From Eledone cirrhosa (taxonomy: Eukaryota): DNA of 64,000 nt. The notes beneath the pieces are model-generated. The model was given only the letters and a program-made list of their open reading frames with translations. It was not told the origin of the DNA and made no database searches. The stretch is from positions 35,898,001-35,962,000 of the forward strand of contig OZ024759.1 in the NCBI GenBank assembly GCA_964016885.1, in the 5' to 3' direction. Positions within the stretch are counted from its first letter, which is position 1. Every line of letters starts with the position of its first letter. This document shows, piece by piece, positions 13,251 to 25,600 of this stretch. Both the position numbers and the translations under genes were made by a program.

Positions 13251-13947
13251 ATATATACACACATATACATATGTATATATATATATATATGTATATATAT
13301 ATACGTATATATATGTGTGTATCATTATCATCATCATCGTTTAAGGTCCATCTTCCACGCTAGTGTGAGTTAGACGGTTTTGTACCATTTGATGCGGGAA
13401 TGGTCGGGAGACCGTGACTCGCTCACACGGAAGCGTATCTGGCAGGTTTTTTTACAGCTGGATGCCCTTCCTAATACCAACCACATTTACAGTGTGGACT
13501 ATATATATATCATCATCATCATCATCATTTCACGTCCATTTCCCATGTAATGCTGTGTGTAAGTCCCGGGTTCAATCGAGGGTAACCACAGTAAGTAAAG
13601 TACTCAATACATTAGTAGAGTATATACAAAATTTAATATAGAAATGGTTTATACAGGATTAGAACTGTTTCATTCAAAGGAAATCATCATGAATGTCTCA
13701 GGAAAGAATCACTGAACAGATTTTACAGGTAAAACCAACCGGCAGGAGACCCAGGGGTAAACTCGAACAAGTTGGTTAGATAACATCCATGAGCTTGGCT
13801 GGTCTCGCTTGGGGATCCAGCTGGATCAGTTGGAGACGGTTATTTCAGACAGGACCCGCTGGAAGGAGTGTTTGAGGACTCTGCCCCTACGGCCCTATCA
13901 GGAATAAGTGGGTGAAAAAGAAGAGAAGAGAGAAGAGAGGAGATGTC

Positions 13948-14186
13948 TGACCCTTTAGCATTTAAACCGGCCATGACCAGCCAGAATTCTCTTACCTCTT
14001 TCTGTTTAAACCGACTGTAACCAGCCAATCATACTGATCTTAAGGTATTGTTCTCAAAATAAATAATATCAAAATCACATAGATTCGATATTATGTGAGA
14101 TATTATGTGAGATATTATGTGAAGTAAAGTGTTTACCGCGGAAATATAATAATATATATAGAGTAATGTAAATGTTAAAGGGTTAA
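13948..14186. mobile_element. TTAA-flanked piggyBac-like MITE (about 230 bp)
   Basis: Termini ACCCTTTAGCATTTA...TAAATGTTAAAGGGTTAA. Copies at about 24118-24322, 25345-25557, 32708-32922, 37029-37257, 46410-47270, 48478-48648, 55930-56078 and 56505-56762. Confidence 0.75.
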
Positions 14187-14996
14187 TGGAACTTAACCCT
14201 CTTCCTACTCTTCTCATGAGAACAGTTCTAGTCTTTATCCATGTAACGACTCATTGGATTTCTGATGAACATATTACAAACACTTATTACTAATCAGGTA
14301 TATACTGTTTGATATCACCAGTTTTATTTCTGGGGTAAACACTTCACTTTTTAATGTGATATAATCATAGTATATGGAAAACCTTGGAACACGACCTCTA
14401 ACTCACGCAAGAATAGAAAATAAACGTAAAATACTGGTTACTACTATAGGCAGAAAGCCAGTAATTTGAGGGGGGGGGGGGGGGTCGATTAAATTGACCC
14501 AAGTACGTAACTGGTACTTTACTTTATCGACACTGTAAGGATGAAAGGCAAAATTAACCTCGGCGTGATTTGAACTCAGAACGTAAAGGGCCGTAATACT
14601 GTGCCGTAAAGCATGTCCGACGTTCTACCGATAATGATGATGATATATATGATTGTATTTACCATTTGTTTATGGACTGTAACAAAGCAGTTCGACAAAA
14701 AGAGATCGATAAAATAAGTGGTGGTGTCGATATGAACGAGTAAATCCCTTAAAGTCCATGCTCCAGCATGACCGCAGTCTAATGACTGAAAACGGCGAAA
14801 CTAAAGAATCTCTGAATCATAGTCCAGTTCCTTGTTTATTTTCGTTCAAATTTTTTGGAGATGTACTAAACTATACATTTACCAATTTTAATGACAAAAC
14901 TGCAAACACCACAAATATGATATTTCTTCTCTAGATCCACTCATAAACATTTTTTACCCGGCATAGAAAAAATCTCGGGAATTTTACCCGTCCTAG

Positions 14997-15039
<43 letters not shown>

Positions 15040-15043
<4 letters not shown>

Positions 15044-15240
15044 AAAAAGTATGACCACGACGGCAGAGCTCAAGCCGTTTCGACGGCTATTTCTGGACGT
15101 CCAGAAATAGCTGTCGAAACGGCTTGAGCTCTGCCGTCGGGGTCATACTTTTTCCTATTTCCCACTCTACTACCCTAAGTATTGAATACTCTGGTGCGTT
15201 ATGGTCCATCTGGTTCCTTACAACATTATGGGACAGAGCA
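15040..15240. mobile_element. Palindromic (fold-back) element beside (AT)n; hammerhead-half arm plus GTATTGAATAC tail; Penelope-like derivative
   Basis: Near-perfect 118-bp palindrome 15040-15157 centred on GACGTC. The arm reads GAAAC-GGC-ttgagctct-GCC-GTC. Copy at 16806-17005; reversed relatives at 19257-19335 (tail only) and 62998-63167. Confidence 0.6.
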
Positions 15241-15255
15241 ATGGATATATATTTA

Positions 15256-15296
<41 letters not shown>

Positions 15297-16487
15297 GGGA
15301 CAGAGCAATGGATATATATTTATATTAATATATATATAAATATTGGACAGAGCAATGTATATATAGATATATCCATTGCTCTGTCCCTCCGGTCTTTCAA
15401 GCTGTCAACTCCTTCCCCTCAAACCTATTTTTTCAAATACCCCCCATTTCAGCCGCACGTGCCACCTCATTCCCTCTACCAGCTCAACTTCCTCCTCTTT
15501 ATTCCGGATAGGGATTCATGTGGAGGGAATTACTTTTCCACATGTTCAACTGTCTCAAACCCTACACGTTATCTCTGTTCGTTTTACTCCCATCGATACA
15601 CTCTATACTCACCCCTATCTACTCCACTTATGGACTTCCCGAAGACATACTATGTATGTATATATATATATTTATATATACTGTATATATATAGTGAAAG
15701 AGTGAAGAATAACATGGTCGGCTGTACAAAAAGGGTTTTATTTACAGTATTAAGAATTGTTTCATAGATCAGGCGAGTCTATTATATTCACGACGCTCCT
15801 AATAAATTTTCGAGATTTTTGACGAATCAAATAAATTTAACGGTCAAAGGGAAGTAAATCTTGACACATACAGCAGAAGGCCAACAAGATTTATTTCCCT
15901 TTGTTTTTTTAAAAATTGGTTAAAAAAGTTACGACACTAAGACTATACTTGGTCGCTCTACCAGCAAAAATATCTTCCACACAATATATATATATATATA
16001 TATAAACAGACTAAGAAACACAAACGTATTCGCCATAATAACATTTACAACCCTTGTAAGACATTGTTAATGAAAAACAACGAAGAAAGAGTAAAATAAA
16101 TAACGTAAACATTGGCGGGTGTCGTAAGCAGACGATAGTTACTGGCGTCTCTGTTTACCTCCCACTCTGGTAATAATTGTTTCAATTTTGGCACAAGGCC
16201 AGCAATTACTCAGTACATTACTGGTACTTTATTTTATTGACCCCGTAAGGATGAAAGGCAAAGTGAACCTCGGCGGGATTTGTAATAATGTTTACTACAC
16301 GTTCATCTCACGTTATGTCTGCGTGTGTGTATATATATATATATATATACTAACATACACGGACAAATATACATACATATATATATATTATATTATATAT
16401 GTATATGTGTGTGTATCATCATCATCGTTTAACGTCCATTTTCCAAGCTAGATAGAAATAATCTCGGGAGTTTTACCCGCCCTAAAA

Positions 16488-16522
<35 letters not shown>

Positions 16523-16717
16523 CATATATATATGTATATATATATATATCCGTATGTGAATATATATATGTGCGTGTGTGTATATATATAAATATGGGTC
16601 AGAGCAATGTATATATATATATATATATATAGTAATAATAATAAATTTGAAGACTAAAATCCAAAGAGGGATCGATAAGGATAAATATATATCAAATATA
16701 TAAGAACCGTAGAGCAA

Positions 16718-16794
16718 ATATTTATTAAAATAACAGATTAAAGTTTAAGCAGCGATTCTTTGCTTAAACTTTAATCTGTTATTTTAATAAATAT
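16718..16794. repeat. Perfect AT-rich inverted repeat (about 34-bp arms)
   Basis: tatttattaaaataacagattaaagtttaagca-gcgattctt-tgcttaaactttaatctgttattttaataaata. Confidence 0.88.
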
Positions 16795-17024
16795 ATATAT
16801 ATATATAGGAAAAAGTATGACCCCGACGGCAGAGCTCAAGCCGTTTCGACGGCTATTTCTGGACGTCTAGAAATAGCTGTCGAAACGGCTTGAGCTCTGC
16901 CGTCGGGGTCATACTTTTTCTATTTCCCACTCTACTACCCTAAGTATTGAATACTCTGGTGCGTTATGGTCCATCTGGTTCCTTACCACAATATGGGACA
17001 GAGCAATGGATATATCTATCTATC

Positions 17025-17263
17025 TAAGGCGGGTAAAATTACCGAGATCCATGGACGAGTTCTCTCCAGCGGTCTCTGTCCCTCATTATCGCTGCCATGT
17101 CCTGCATCTCCAACAGACCAGTCTCTGTCCTTAGGGCATCAACATACGTTAACCTTGGTCTTCCTCTTCTAGTGTGTCCATGTAGGGGCTCCCACGGGAG
17201 CACTGAGTGCAATGTCAACTCTGGATGTCGGTGAGCATGTCCAGCCAACCTCAGTCTCCTCTG
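17025..17263 (-). mobile_element. LINE 3'-end fragment (RTE-like C-terminus)
   Basis: ORF 17039..17248 RLAGHAHRH..WEPLHG..RGRPRLTYVD..MRDRDRWR is typical of the non-LTR RT C-terminus. Absent from the duplicated copy at about 15245. Confidence 0.75.
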
Positions 17264-17271
17264 TGGATATA

Positions 17272-17310
<39 letters not shown>

Positions 17311-18309
17311 GGGACAGAGCAATGTATATATAGATATATCCATTGCTCTGTCCCTCCGGTCTTTCAAGCTGTCAACTCCTTCCCCTCAAACCTATTTTTT
17401 CAAATACCCCCCATTTCAGCCGCACGTGCCACCTCATTCCCTCTACCAGCTCAACTTCCTCCTCTTTATTCCGGATAGGGATTCATATGGAGGGAATTAC
17501 TTTTCCACATGTTCAACTGTCTCAAACCCTACACGTTATCTCTGTTCGTTTTACTCCCATCGATACACTCTATACTCACCCCTATCTACTCCACTTATGG
17601 ACTTCCCGAAGACATACTATGTATGTCTATATATATATTTATATATACTGTATATATATAGTGAAAGAGTGAAGAATAACATGGTCGGCTGTACAAAAAG
17701 GGTTTTATTTACAGTATTAAGAATTGTTTCATAGATCAGGCGAGTCTATTATATTCACGACGCTCCTAATAAATTTTCGAGATTTTTGACGAATCAAATA
17801 AATTTAATAGTCAAAGGGAAGTAAATCTTGACACATACAGCAGAAGGCCAACAAGATTTATTTCCCTTTGTTTGTTTTTTTAAATTGGTTAAAAAAGTTA
17901 CGACACTAAGACTATACTTGGTCGCTCTACCAGCTAAAATATCTTCCACACAATATATATATATATATATAAACAGACTAAGAAACACAAACGTATTCGC
18001 CATAATAACATTTACAACCTTTGTAAGACATTGTTAATGAAAAACAACGAAGAAAGAGTAAAATAAATAACGTAAACATTGGCGGGTGTCGTAAGCAGAC
18101 GATAGTTACTGGCGTCTCTGTTTACCTCCCACTCTGGTAATAATTGTTTCTACTTTTGGCACAAGGCCAGCAATTACTCAGTACATTACTGGTACTTTAT
18201 TTTATTAACCCCGTAAGGATGAAAGGCAAAGTGAACCTCGGCGGGATTTGTAATAATGTTTACTACACGTTCATCTCACGTTATGTCTGCGTGTGTGTAT
18301 ATATATATA

Positions 18310-18746
18310 TAAGAGTCAATGGCCATCCCAAAATCACCGGGAGAGATGACCCCTTAGCCTTTGTCAAGGCAGAATTCTAGGAGAAGGAAAACTCTGATAT
18401 AACACCTGCAACCCTGATGGTATCCAATGATGTTGACTTGTTCTTCTTTTTGGTAAATATCATTTTGGTTAAAAGAGTGTGACTGACTTTGTGCAGTGCC
18501 TTTGCTCACTATAAAAGCTTCACGGCACAGGCATTGCTTTATATCTGGAGATCCCTCTGCACTTGTCGTCACATGGTACCATGGGCCCAGCACTATGTGT
18601 CAATAATTGTCACAAGTGTAGTGTTTGTACCGGGGTTTTCAAGTCGCTGGCTGGACTAAAAAGTTACTCGTTCAGCCCATCGGTAAGGGTTCTCCTACAT
18701 AGATATAAAGTAGTGGCCGTACCCGAAAACGAGTTGGCAGCCACCA
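18310..18746 (+). mobile_element. Degenerate RTE-type LINE 3' fragment inserted in (AT)n
   Basis: [18 protein letters not shown] zinc-finger-like end followed by cgaaaacgagttggcagccacc(AT)n. Absent from the duplicated copy at about 16330. Confidence 0.65.
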
Positions 18747-18770
18747 TATATATATATATATATATATATA

Positions 18771-18814
<44 letters not shown>

Positions 18815-19335
18815 TAACCTACACGGACAAATATACACACATATATATATATATATTATATTATATTATATATGTATATGTGTGTGTATCATCATCATCG
18901 TTTAACGTCCATTTTCCAACCTAGCATGGGTAGGACGTCAGTCCCTTTCTGAGAGATCAGGTCGGAGCCCCACCGGCTGCAATATGAAATAAAGTTTCAC
19001 AAAGCCAAAATGCTTATTGTCGCCATATATATATATATATATTGACAGTCGATTGACAAGATCCCAGACCGCATTCGCTTAACGAGTGGAGTGGAGCTCG
19101 TCAAATCGGACCAAGGAAAGAATGTTTCCATTGGACTTTCCAATTGCTAATACTATCTATCGGTCGCAACTCCAGGCAGAAGGAACAACGCATCACCCTG
19201 TCCGGGATTCGAACTCACAACCTCACGATTGCGAATCCAATATATATATATATATAATGAAGGAAATGTGGTAAGAAACCAGGTGGACCATAACGCACCA
19301 AAGTACTCAATACTTAGGGTAGTAGAGTGGGTAAA

Positions 19336-19393
<58 letters not shown>

Positions 19394-19529
19394 ATATAAT
19401 AAGGGTTTAGATCGATATCCAGTGATATAGATCTATAAATATATAAAATATATACAGATATACATACATATAGCTGCTACGGTGTCGGCTGCAATAACAT
19501 ATCAATGAATTCTTACAGAAAAAAAACAA

Positions 19530-19656
19530 TAATCCCGCCACTCTATGCGAGTGATCTCCCCTGTCACAGTGCACTCTCTAATGCGGTGCCATTAACCCAC
19601 GTGTTGGTAATATTTGTTCATGTCGCCGTTAATTAACACAACATACTAAAGTTAAG
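19530..19656 (+). promoter_or_regulatory. Putative UTP20 promoter/5'UTR with Myc-type E-box and E2F-like site
   Basis: Unique, relatively GC-richer island directly upstream of the ATG. CACGTG at 19598-19603 (aacCCACGTGtt); TCCCGCCA at about 19533-19540. Confidence 0.5.
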
Positions 19657-22600
19657 ATGGGGAAATCTTCACGACATCAGGGTGTAAACAAATATAAAGT
19701 AAGTTTTATTGACTTTCAGACATTGAGTTTATTAAACTTTTACTTTCTGATGAAGTTGTAATTTGTTTTTCCTCAGATATTTGTTGTGTTTTGATCAAAT
19801 ATAGACTTCAAAAAGCGTCGTAAATTACTCGTTTTATTTTATTTATGTTTCCCCCTACAATGATATCTTAAAGGTATCGTTTTATATGATGTATTGTAGT
19901 CCAAGGTAAACTGTGCCTGAATAGATAGGATTGTCACGGCTGGGATGCCTTTGATATCTTTAATCAGGACTGACATGATCTAAACAACACGTACTTGTTC
20001 GAATTGACTTAATAATTCGTTTAAAATTTAGCGAATATTAAACAATTATTTTTAAATAAAGAAAGAGTTATTATTGTTGTCAGGGTGGCCATGGTTTTTT
20101 GTGGACTTTCTCCACGAGTGACCATCGGAAGTATCCCCTACTGTCGGAGAACTTTATTTTGTTTGAATGTTTACCATATTTATTGTTTTCTATTATCACC
20201 CTTTTTACACGACTCCCCTGTCTCATTTTTTCATTAAAATTTAGTTCAAGAAATTTTCCGATCGTATTGCTGAAGTAAAGATCGATGTTGTACATAAAAT
20301 ACGAAAACCTGTAGAAGAGAGTGAGGTAAGAACTTATATCTTATTTAATCTTTATGTCAATCTTTACAGATATTGTTTTATTTTAAAGATCAATAATAAC
20401 TTGGGTATTCTTTTGTTATTGATTCAGGTGAGATGTCTTGTGGTATTGGTTTGAACACCTTGTGTTCTGAGTTCAAATTTCACCCCTCCACCTACGGATT
20501 AAAACCCCACAATTGGCCAGGCCTAATCGCATGATTATGGCACCACAACTGATTATGAAAGCTGCAATGGGTGAAGGATGATTTTGGTCACCTGTCTAGG
20601 GATGGGATTAATATCCTACCAAGGGCCAGAACTAATCACCTGATCAGTGAATACTACATATATCTGTTGACTAGATGGTGTCATAGAGTTGTGATTCCAA
20701 CAACAGACACCATATCTGTTGACCAGATGTTATCAGACAGTTATAATACCAACAACAGATACCATATATATATATATATATATATCTGTTGTCCAGATGT
20801 CAGGCAGTTGTGATTCCAACAGCAGACACCATATATATCTGTTGACCAGATGTGAGACATTTGTGATTCAAACAACAGACAACCTATATATCTGTTGACC
20901 AGATGTCAGACAGTGATGATACCAATGGCAGACACCACATATGTTAAGACAAGATATTGTCAAACAGTTGTGATTCTAACAGCAGACACCAGATGTCAGC
21001 CAGTCATAATACCAACACCAGAACCCTATATATAAGGACCAGCTATTAACTCTGATCATACGGCCAATTTTTGTTGAAAATTTAGCCAATTTTTTATGAA
21101 AGTTTCGCCAATTTTTGTCGAAAATTTAGTCAATTTTTGTTGAAAATTCAGCCAATTTTGGTTGAAAATTTAGCCAAATTAGTTTGAAGATTCAGCCAAT
21201 TTTTGTTTCAAATTTAGTCAATTTTTGCTGAAGATTTAGCCAATTGTTGTCGAAAATTTAGTCAATTTTTGTTGAAAATTCAGCCAATTTTTGTTGAAAA
21301 TTCAATCAATTTTTGTTGAAAATTCAATCAATTTTTGTTGAAAATTCAGCCAATTTTTGTTGAAAATTCAATCAATTTTTGTTGAAAATTCAGCCAATTT
21401 TGGTTGAAAATTTAGCCAAATTAGTTTGAAGATTCAGCCAATTTTTGTTTCAAATTTAGTCAATTTTTGCTGAAGATTTAGCCAATTGTTGTCGAAAATT
21501 TAGCCAATTTTTGTCGAAAATTTAGTCAATTTTTGTTGAAAATTCAGCCAATTTTTGTTGAAAATTCAATCAATTTTTGTTGAAAATTCAGCCAATTTTT
21601 GTTGAAAATTCAATCAATTTTTGTTGAAAATTCAGCCAATTTTTGTTGAAAATTCAATCAATTTTTGTTGAAAATTTAGCCAATTTTTATAGCACATTTC
21701 ACCTATTTAGTGTAGAGTTAATGTTTCTGTATAAATATATATTTATATCATTTCACCTCCTTAGTGTACAGTTAATATATTTGTGAAATTTCTCTTCCAG
21801 GCTTATGAGACTTATTTCCATGAAGGTCTCATCAAATGGACCTCTCTCAACCACACAAATGACTACAGTAAGTATTTTAACAATTCTATAATCACACAAC
21901 CTTACAGTATATTACACTACTGAGGGTGGGTGGATTATCAGTAATCAGTAGAGCGTCGGACAACATGCTTTGTGGTGTAGAGTTACGGCCCTTTGTCTTC
22001 TGAGTTCAAATCCTGCTGAGGTTAGCTTTGCCTCCCATCCTTACAGATGTTGATAAAATAAAGTACCAGTAATGCACTGGGGTCGATTTAATCAACTCCC
22101 CCTTCTGGTGATAATAGTGTTGTCGGGGATGGTATTGATGGTAGTGGTGATAGTGTTGGTTGGAGTGATGGTGGTGTGGTGGTGTCAAAGGTGATGATAG
22201 CAGTGATGACAATGGTGAATATTTCTGTTTGATAATGTTTCTATTTGTCTTTTATTTCAGAAACTTTTGTGGCAGACATTTCAGGTCAATCCAGAACATT
22301 TCTCCAACTTGTTCACCATCAAGTAAGATAAATTTCATTACTGTGGCTTTCTATTTCTACATGTTTATATCTTCCCATGTTTACACGGCTACATGTTCAC
22401 ACCTTTACATGGCTACATATTCACTCCTTTACATGGCTATACGTTCACACTTATACATTGCTACATTTCATACCTTTACATTGTTACATGGCTACATATT
22501 CACACCTTTACATTGCTACATGTTCATACCTTCACATGGCTATACGTTCACACTTATACATTGCTACATTTCATACCTTTACGTTGTTACATGACTACAT

Positions 22601-25600
22601 ATTCACACCTTTACATTACGTGGCTACATGTTCACATCTTTACATGGCTACATGTTCACTCCTTTTACATTGCTACATGGCTACATGTTCGCACCTTTAC
22701 ATTGCTACATGTTCACATCTTTACATATAAAACAGACAGTTTTATATCATAGAACTGAACAAGGTTTTTGCTGGGGTGCTATCAAAACAGTTAAATTTTC
22801 GCCACCAAATATTTTTATGGTTTATATTTTTCAGGACCAGATTGTGGCCACCTTGATAAAATATCTCTCAGCTCCTGACAGTATGGCATATGAAGCTCTT
22901 CTGGAGTGAGTTCCTTCATCTCTTTCTCTCTAGTTGATTATATATATGGTTTGGTATGGTCCCATAACACCTGATACAGTCGTAGGAGCGCTGTATTGAC
23001 ATACAACATTTCTTGGGCATTTTAAGCCTGGCGAAGCCCATCCCTCTCCAGGTCTGAGTACAGCAGATTTCTTCCAGAGAGGGGAAGAATTGACCCCAGT
23101 ATTAGACCTCGAAAGGATGAAAGGCATAGTTGGCCTCAGCGGGATTTGAACTCAGAGCGCTGGAACGGATATCATGAACCAAGGGTGGGGACGGGTCCTA
23201 TCAGCACAGCATCTCTCCACTTGTCACGGTCCTTCGTCATCTCCTCTGTGAGTTTCAGTGATCTGAGGTCTGCTCTCACCACCTTCGCCCATGTTTTTCG
23301 TGGTCATCCTCCATGTGCATCACATGTCCATACCATGTGATGCGCATGGAGGATGTCCGCTGGGTGACTCTGCCAATTCGCTGCCTGATTTTATATATAT
23401 ATATGATGTATATAGCATAAACACATTATTATTTTTTTTTTTTACTGATAAGATGGGTTGCCTTTCCCACATCTAACTCATACAGTTTCATATATTTGAA
23501 GTAACTACATTCTTAGATGGGTTGCCTTTCATGTGTGGCCTTACAGAGCCCTCATCTGCCTCAGTATATTAAATTGAAATATAATACTTGTGACCTTTTC
23601 TTTCCTTCCAGTTTGGTGGTTCAACTTGCCAAAGACCTACAAAATGATTTTTACAAACACTTCCACAATGTGTTTGATATGATGGTTACAATGTTAAAAA
23701 CACATCCACGTAATGTCTCACTTCTTGAATTAATCTTCACCTGTCTCTCCTATTTATTCAAATTCCTCTGGCGTTACATGGTTAATGACATCAAAACAGT
23801 TTTCAAGTAAGAAGAAAACTCAATGTTTCTTTTTCTTCTTTTTTTTTGTTGATGATATCAACCACATATAAACACTTTCATTACCACATTTCTAATTAAA
23901 AACTTTGCCTACGATTTTTAAATAATTTTGAAACCAAGAATTCTAAGTGACTCCCATGATTAAGTTGGTGTTTGGAACATAACTAAACAAAGGTTCTTAC
24001 ATAAAATTATGATGGAAGGTTTTGAGATAAATATAAACATCTTAACCCTTTTATTAAAGACACTGCTTACGATTTTCAAATAATTTTGAAACTAAGAATT
24101 CTTAGAGACTCCCATGATTAACCCTTTAGCATTTAAACTGGCCGTATCTGACCAGAATTCCCTCACCTCTTTCTGTTCAAACCAGCTGTACCTGGCTGCT
24201 CATACTGATGTTAACATATTTTTCTCAAAATAAATAATATCAAATTCTCATAGATTCGATATTATGTGAGATAAAACCTTTATTGCAAAAATAATAGAGT
24301 AATATAAATACTAAAAGGTTAAGTTGGTGTTTGGAACATAACTAAACAAAGGTTCTTATATAAAGTTATAATGGAAGGTTTCTAAATACAAATACTTTAA
24401 AACAAACAACTTTGTGTTGTAGAAGAATGTACAGTTTTAAGGTAGTTTTGTATCAAAAATATTAATATTTTCTTCATTTAACCCTACCACTGTCACCAAC
24501 AGCTACTACTCACCAATTCTTGATGCCAACAACAGACCCTATATCAGGAAGTTTGCTGCTGAAAGTTTTGGCTTTCTTATAAGAAAGGTAAATTATTTGT
24601 CTCTTGTTCTCCTTCTTCTTCCTTTTCTCTCTTTCCTGTTAGTTTTGGCTTAGTTCCAATTAACATTTAACATCCTGTACCACATGAATCCGCATTAGAA
24701 AAACCTTCCTAAAAAATAAAAAATTCTCTCTAACTCTGCCTCTCAGTAGAAGATCAACTAATATTTTAACCCTGCCCCTCAACATTCCTAACTACTATTC
24801 TGTATAGTCTTGCATAACTTACGTCTTTTGTTTAATATTTTTTCAGGTAAAAGATCCAGATAATGTCTTAGACTTAATTTTTGAAAGTTTCAATCATCGA
24901 AACCAGGTGAGTGAGAGATTCTTGAACCTTTCTTATTGTTGTCTACAACAGGTGGAAATAATTGGAATTTGGTATTAATGTCTATACACTCTGAAATGAA
25001 GAAACAATTATTATTATTATTATTATTTCCTTCCAACAGTACATCCTTGGAATTGGTCGTTTGTTGTTTGAAGTTATGAAAGGAGTGAAGCAACATATTC
25101 ATTCTTGTACAGAAACGGTGAGTCTTTGTTTAGTTGGTCTGGTTGTTGATATAAGCCCAACACAACCACACATATATATACACAGAACACCACACATACA
25201 CACAACCACACCATACACATTACCACAAACACACACTGCCACACACACATTGTCACTAACACATAGACAGTGTCTTTCATTAGAAATATGGTAATAAAAG
25301 GGTTAAAGGCATAGACAGTGTCTAAGGAAAGACACTGTCTATGTCTTTAACATTTATATTAATCTATATTTACTATTGTATTTTTGTGGTAATGGCTTTA
25401 TCTTACATAATTATCTCACATAATATCGAATCTATGAGATTTTGATGTTATTTGTTTTGAGAACAATACCTTAACGTCAGTATGAGTGGCCAGTTAAAGT
25501 TGGTTTGAACAGAAAGAAGTGAGAGAATTCTGGCCTGTTTAAATCCTAAAGGGTTAACCTTTTCTTTACCATATTTCCAATGAAAAACATTGTGTATGTC

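Larger units (their letters stand above)
14963..18923 (+). repeat. Head-to-tail tandem duplication (copy A about 14963-16450; copy B about 16451-18923 with extra insertions)
   Basis: Near-identical unique sequence, e.g. 15370-16330 vs 17337-18298. Both units start atagaaa.aatctcggga.ttttacccg and end aacgtccattttccaa.ctag. Confidence 0.9.
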
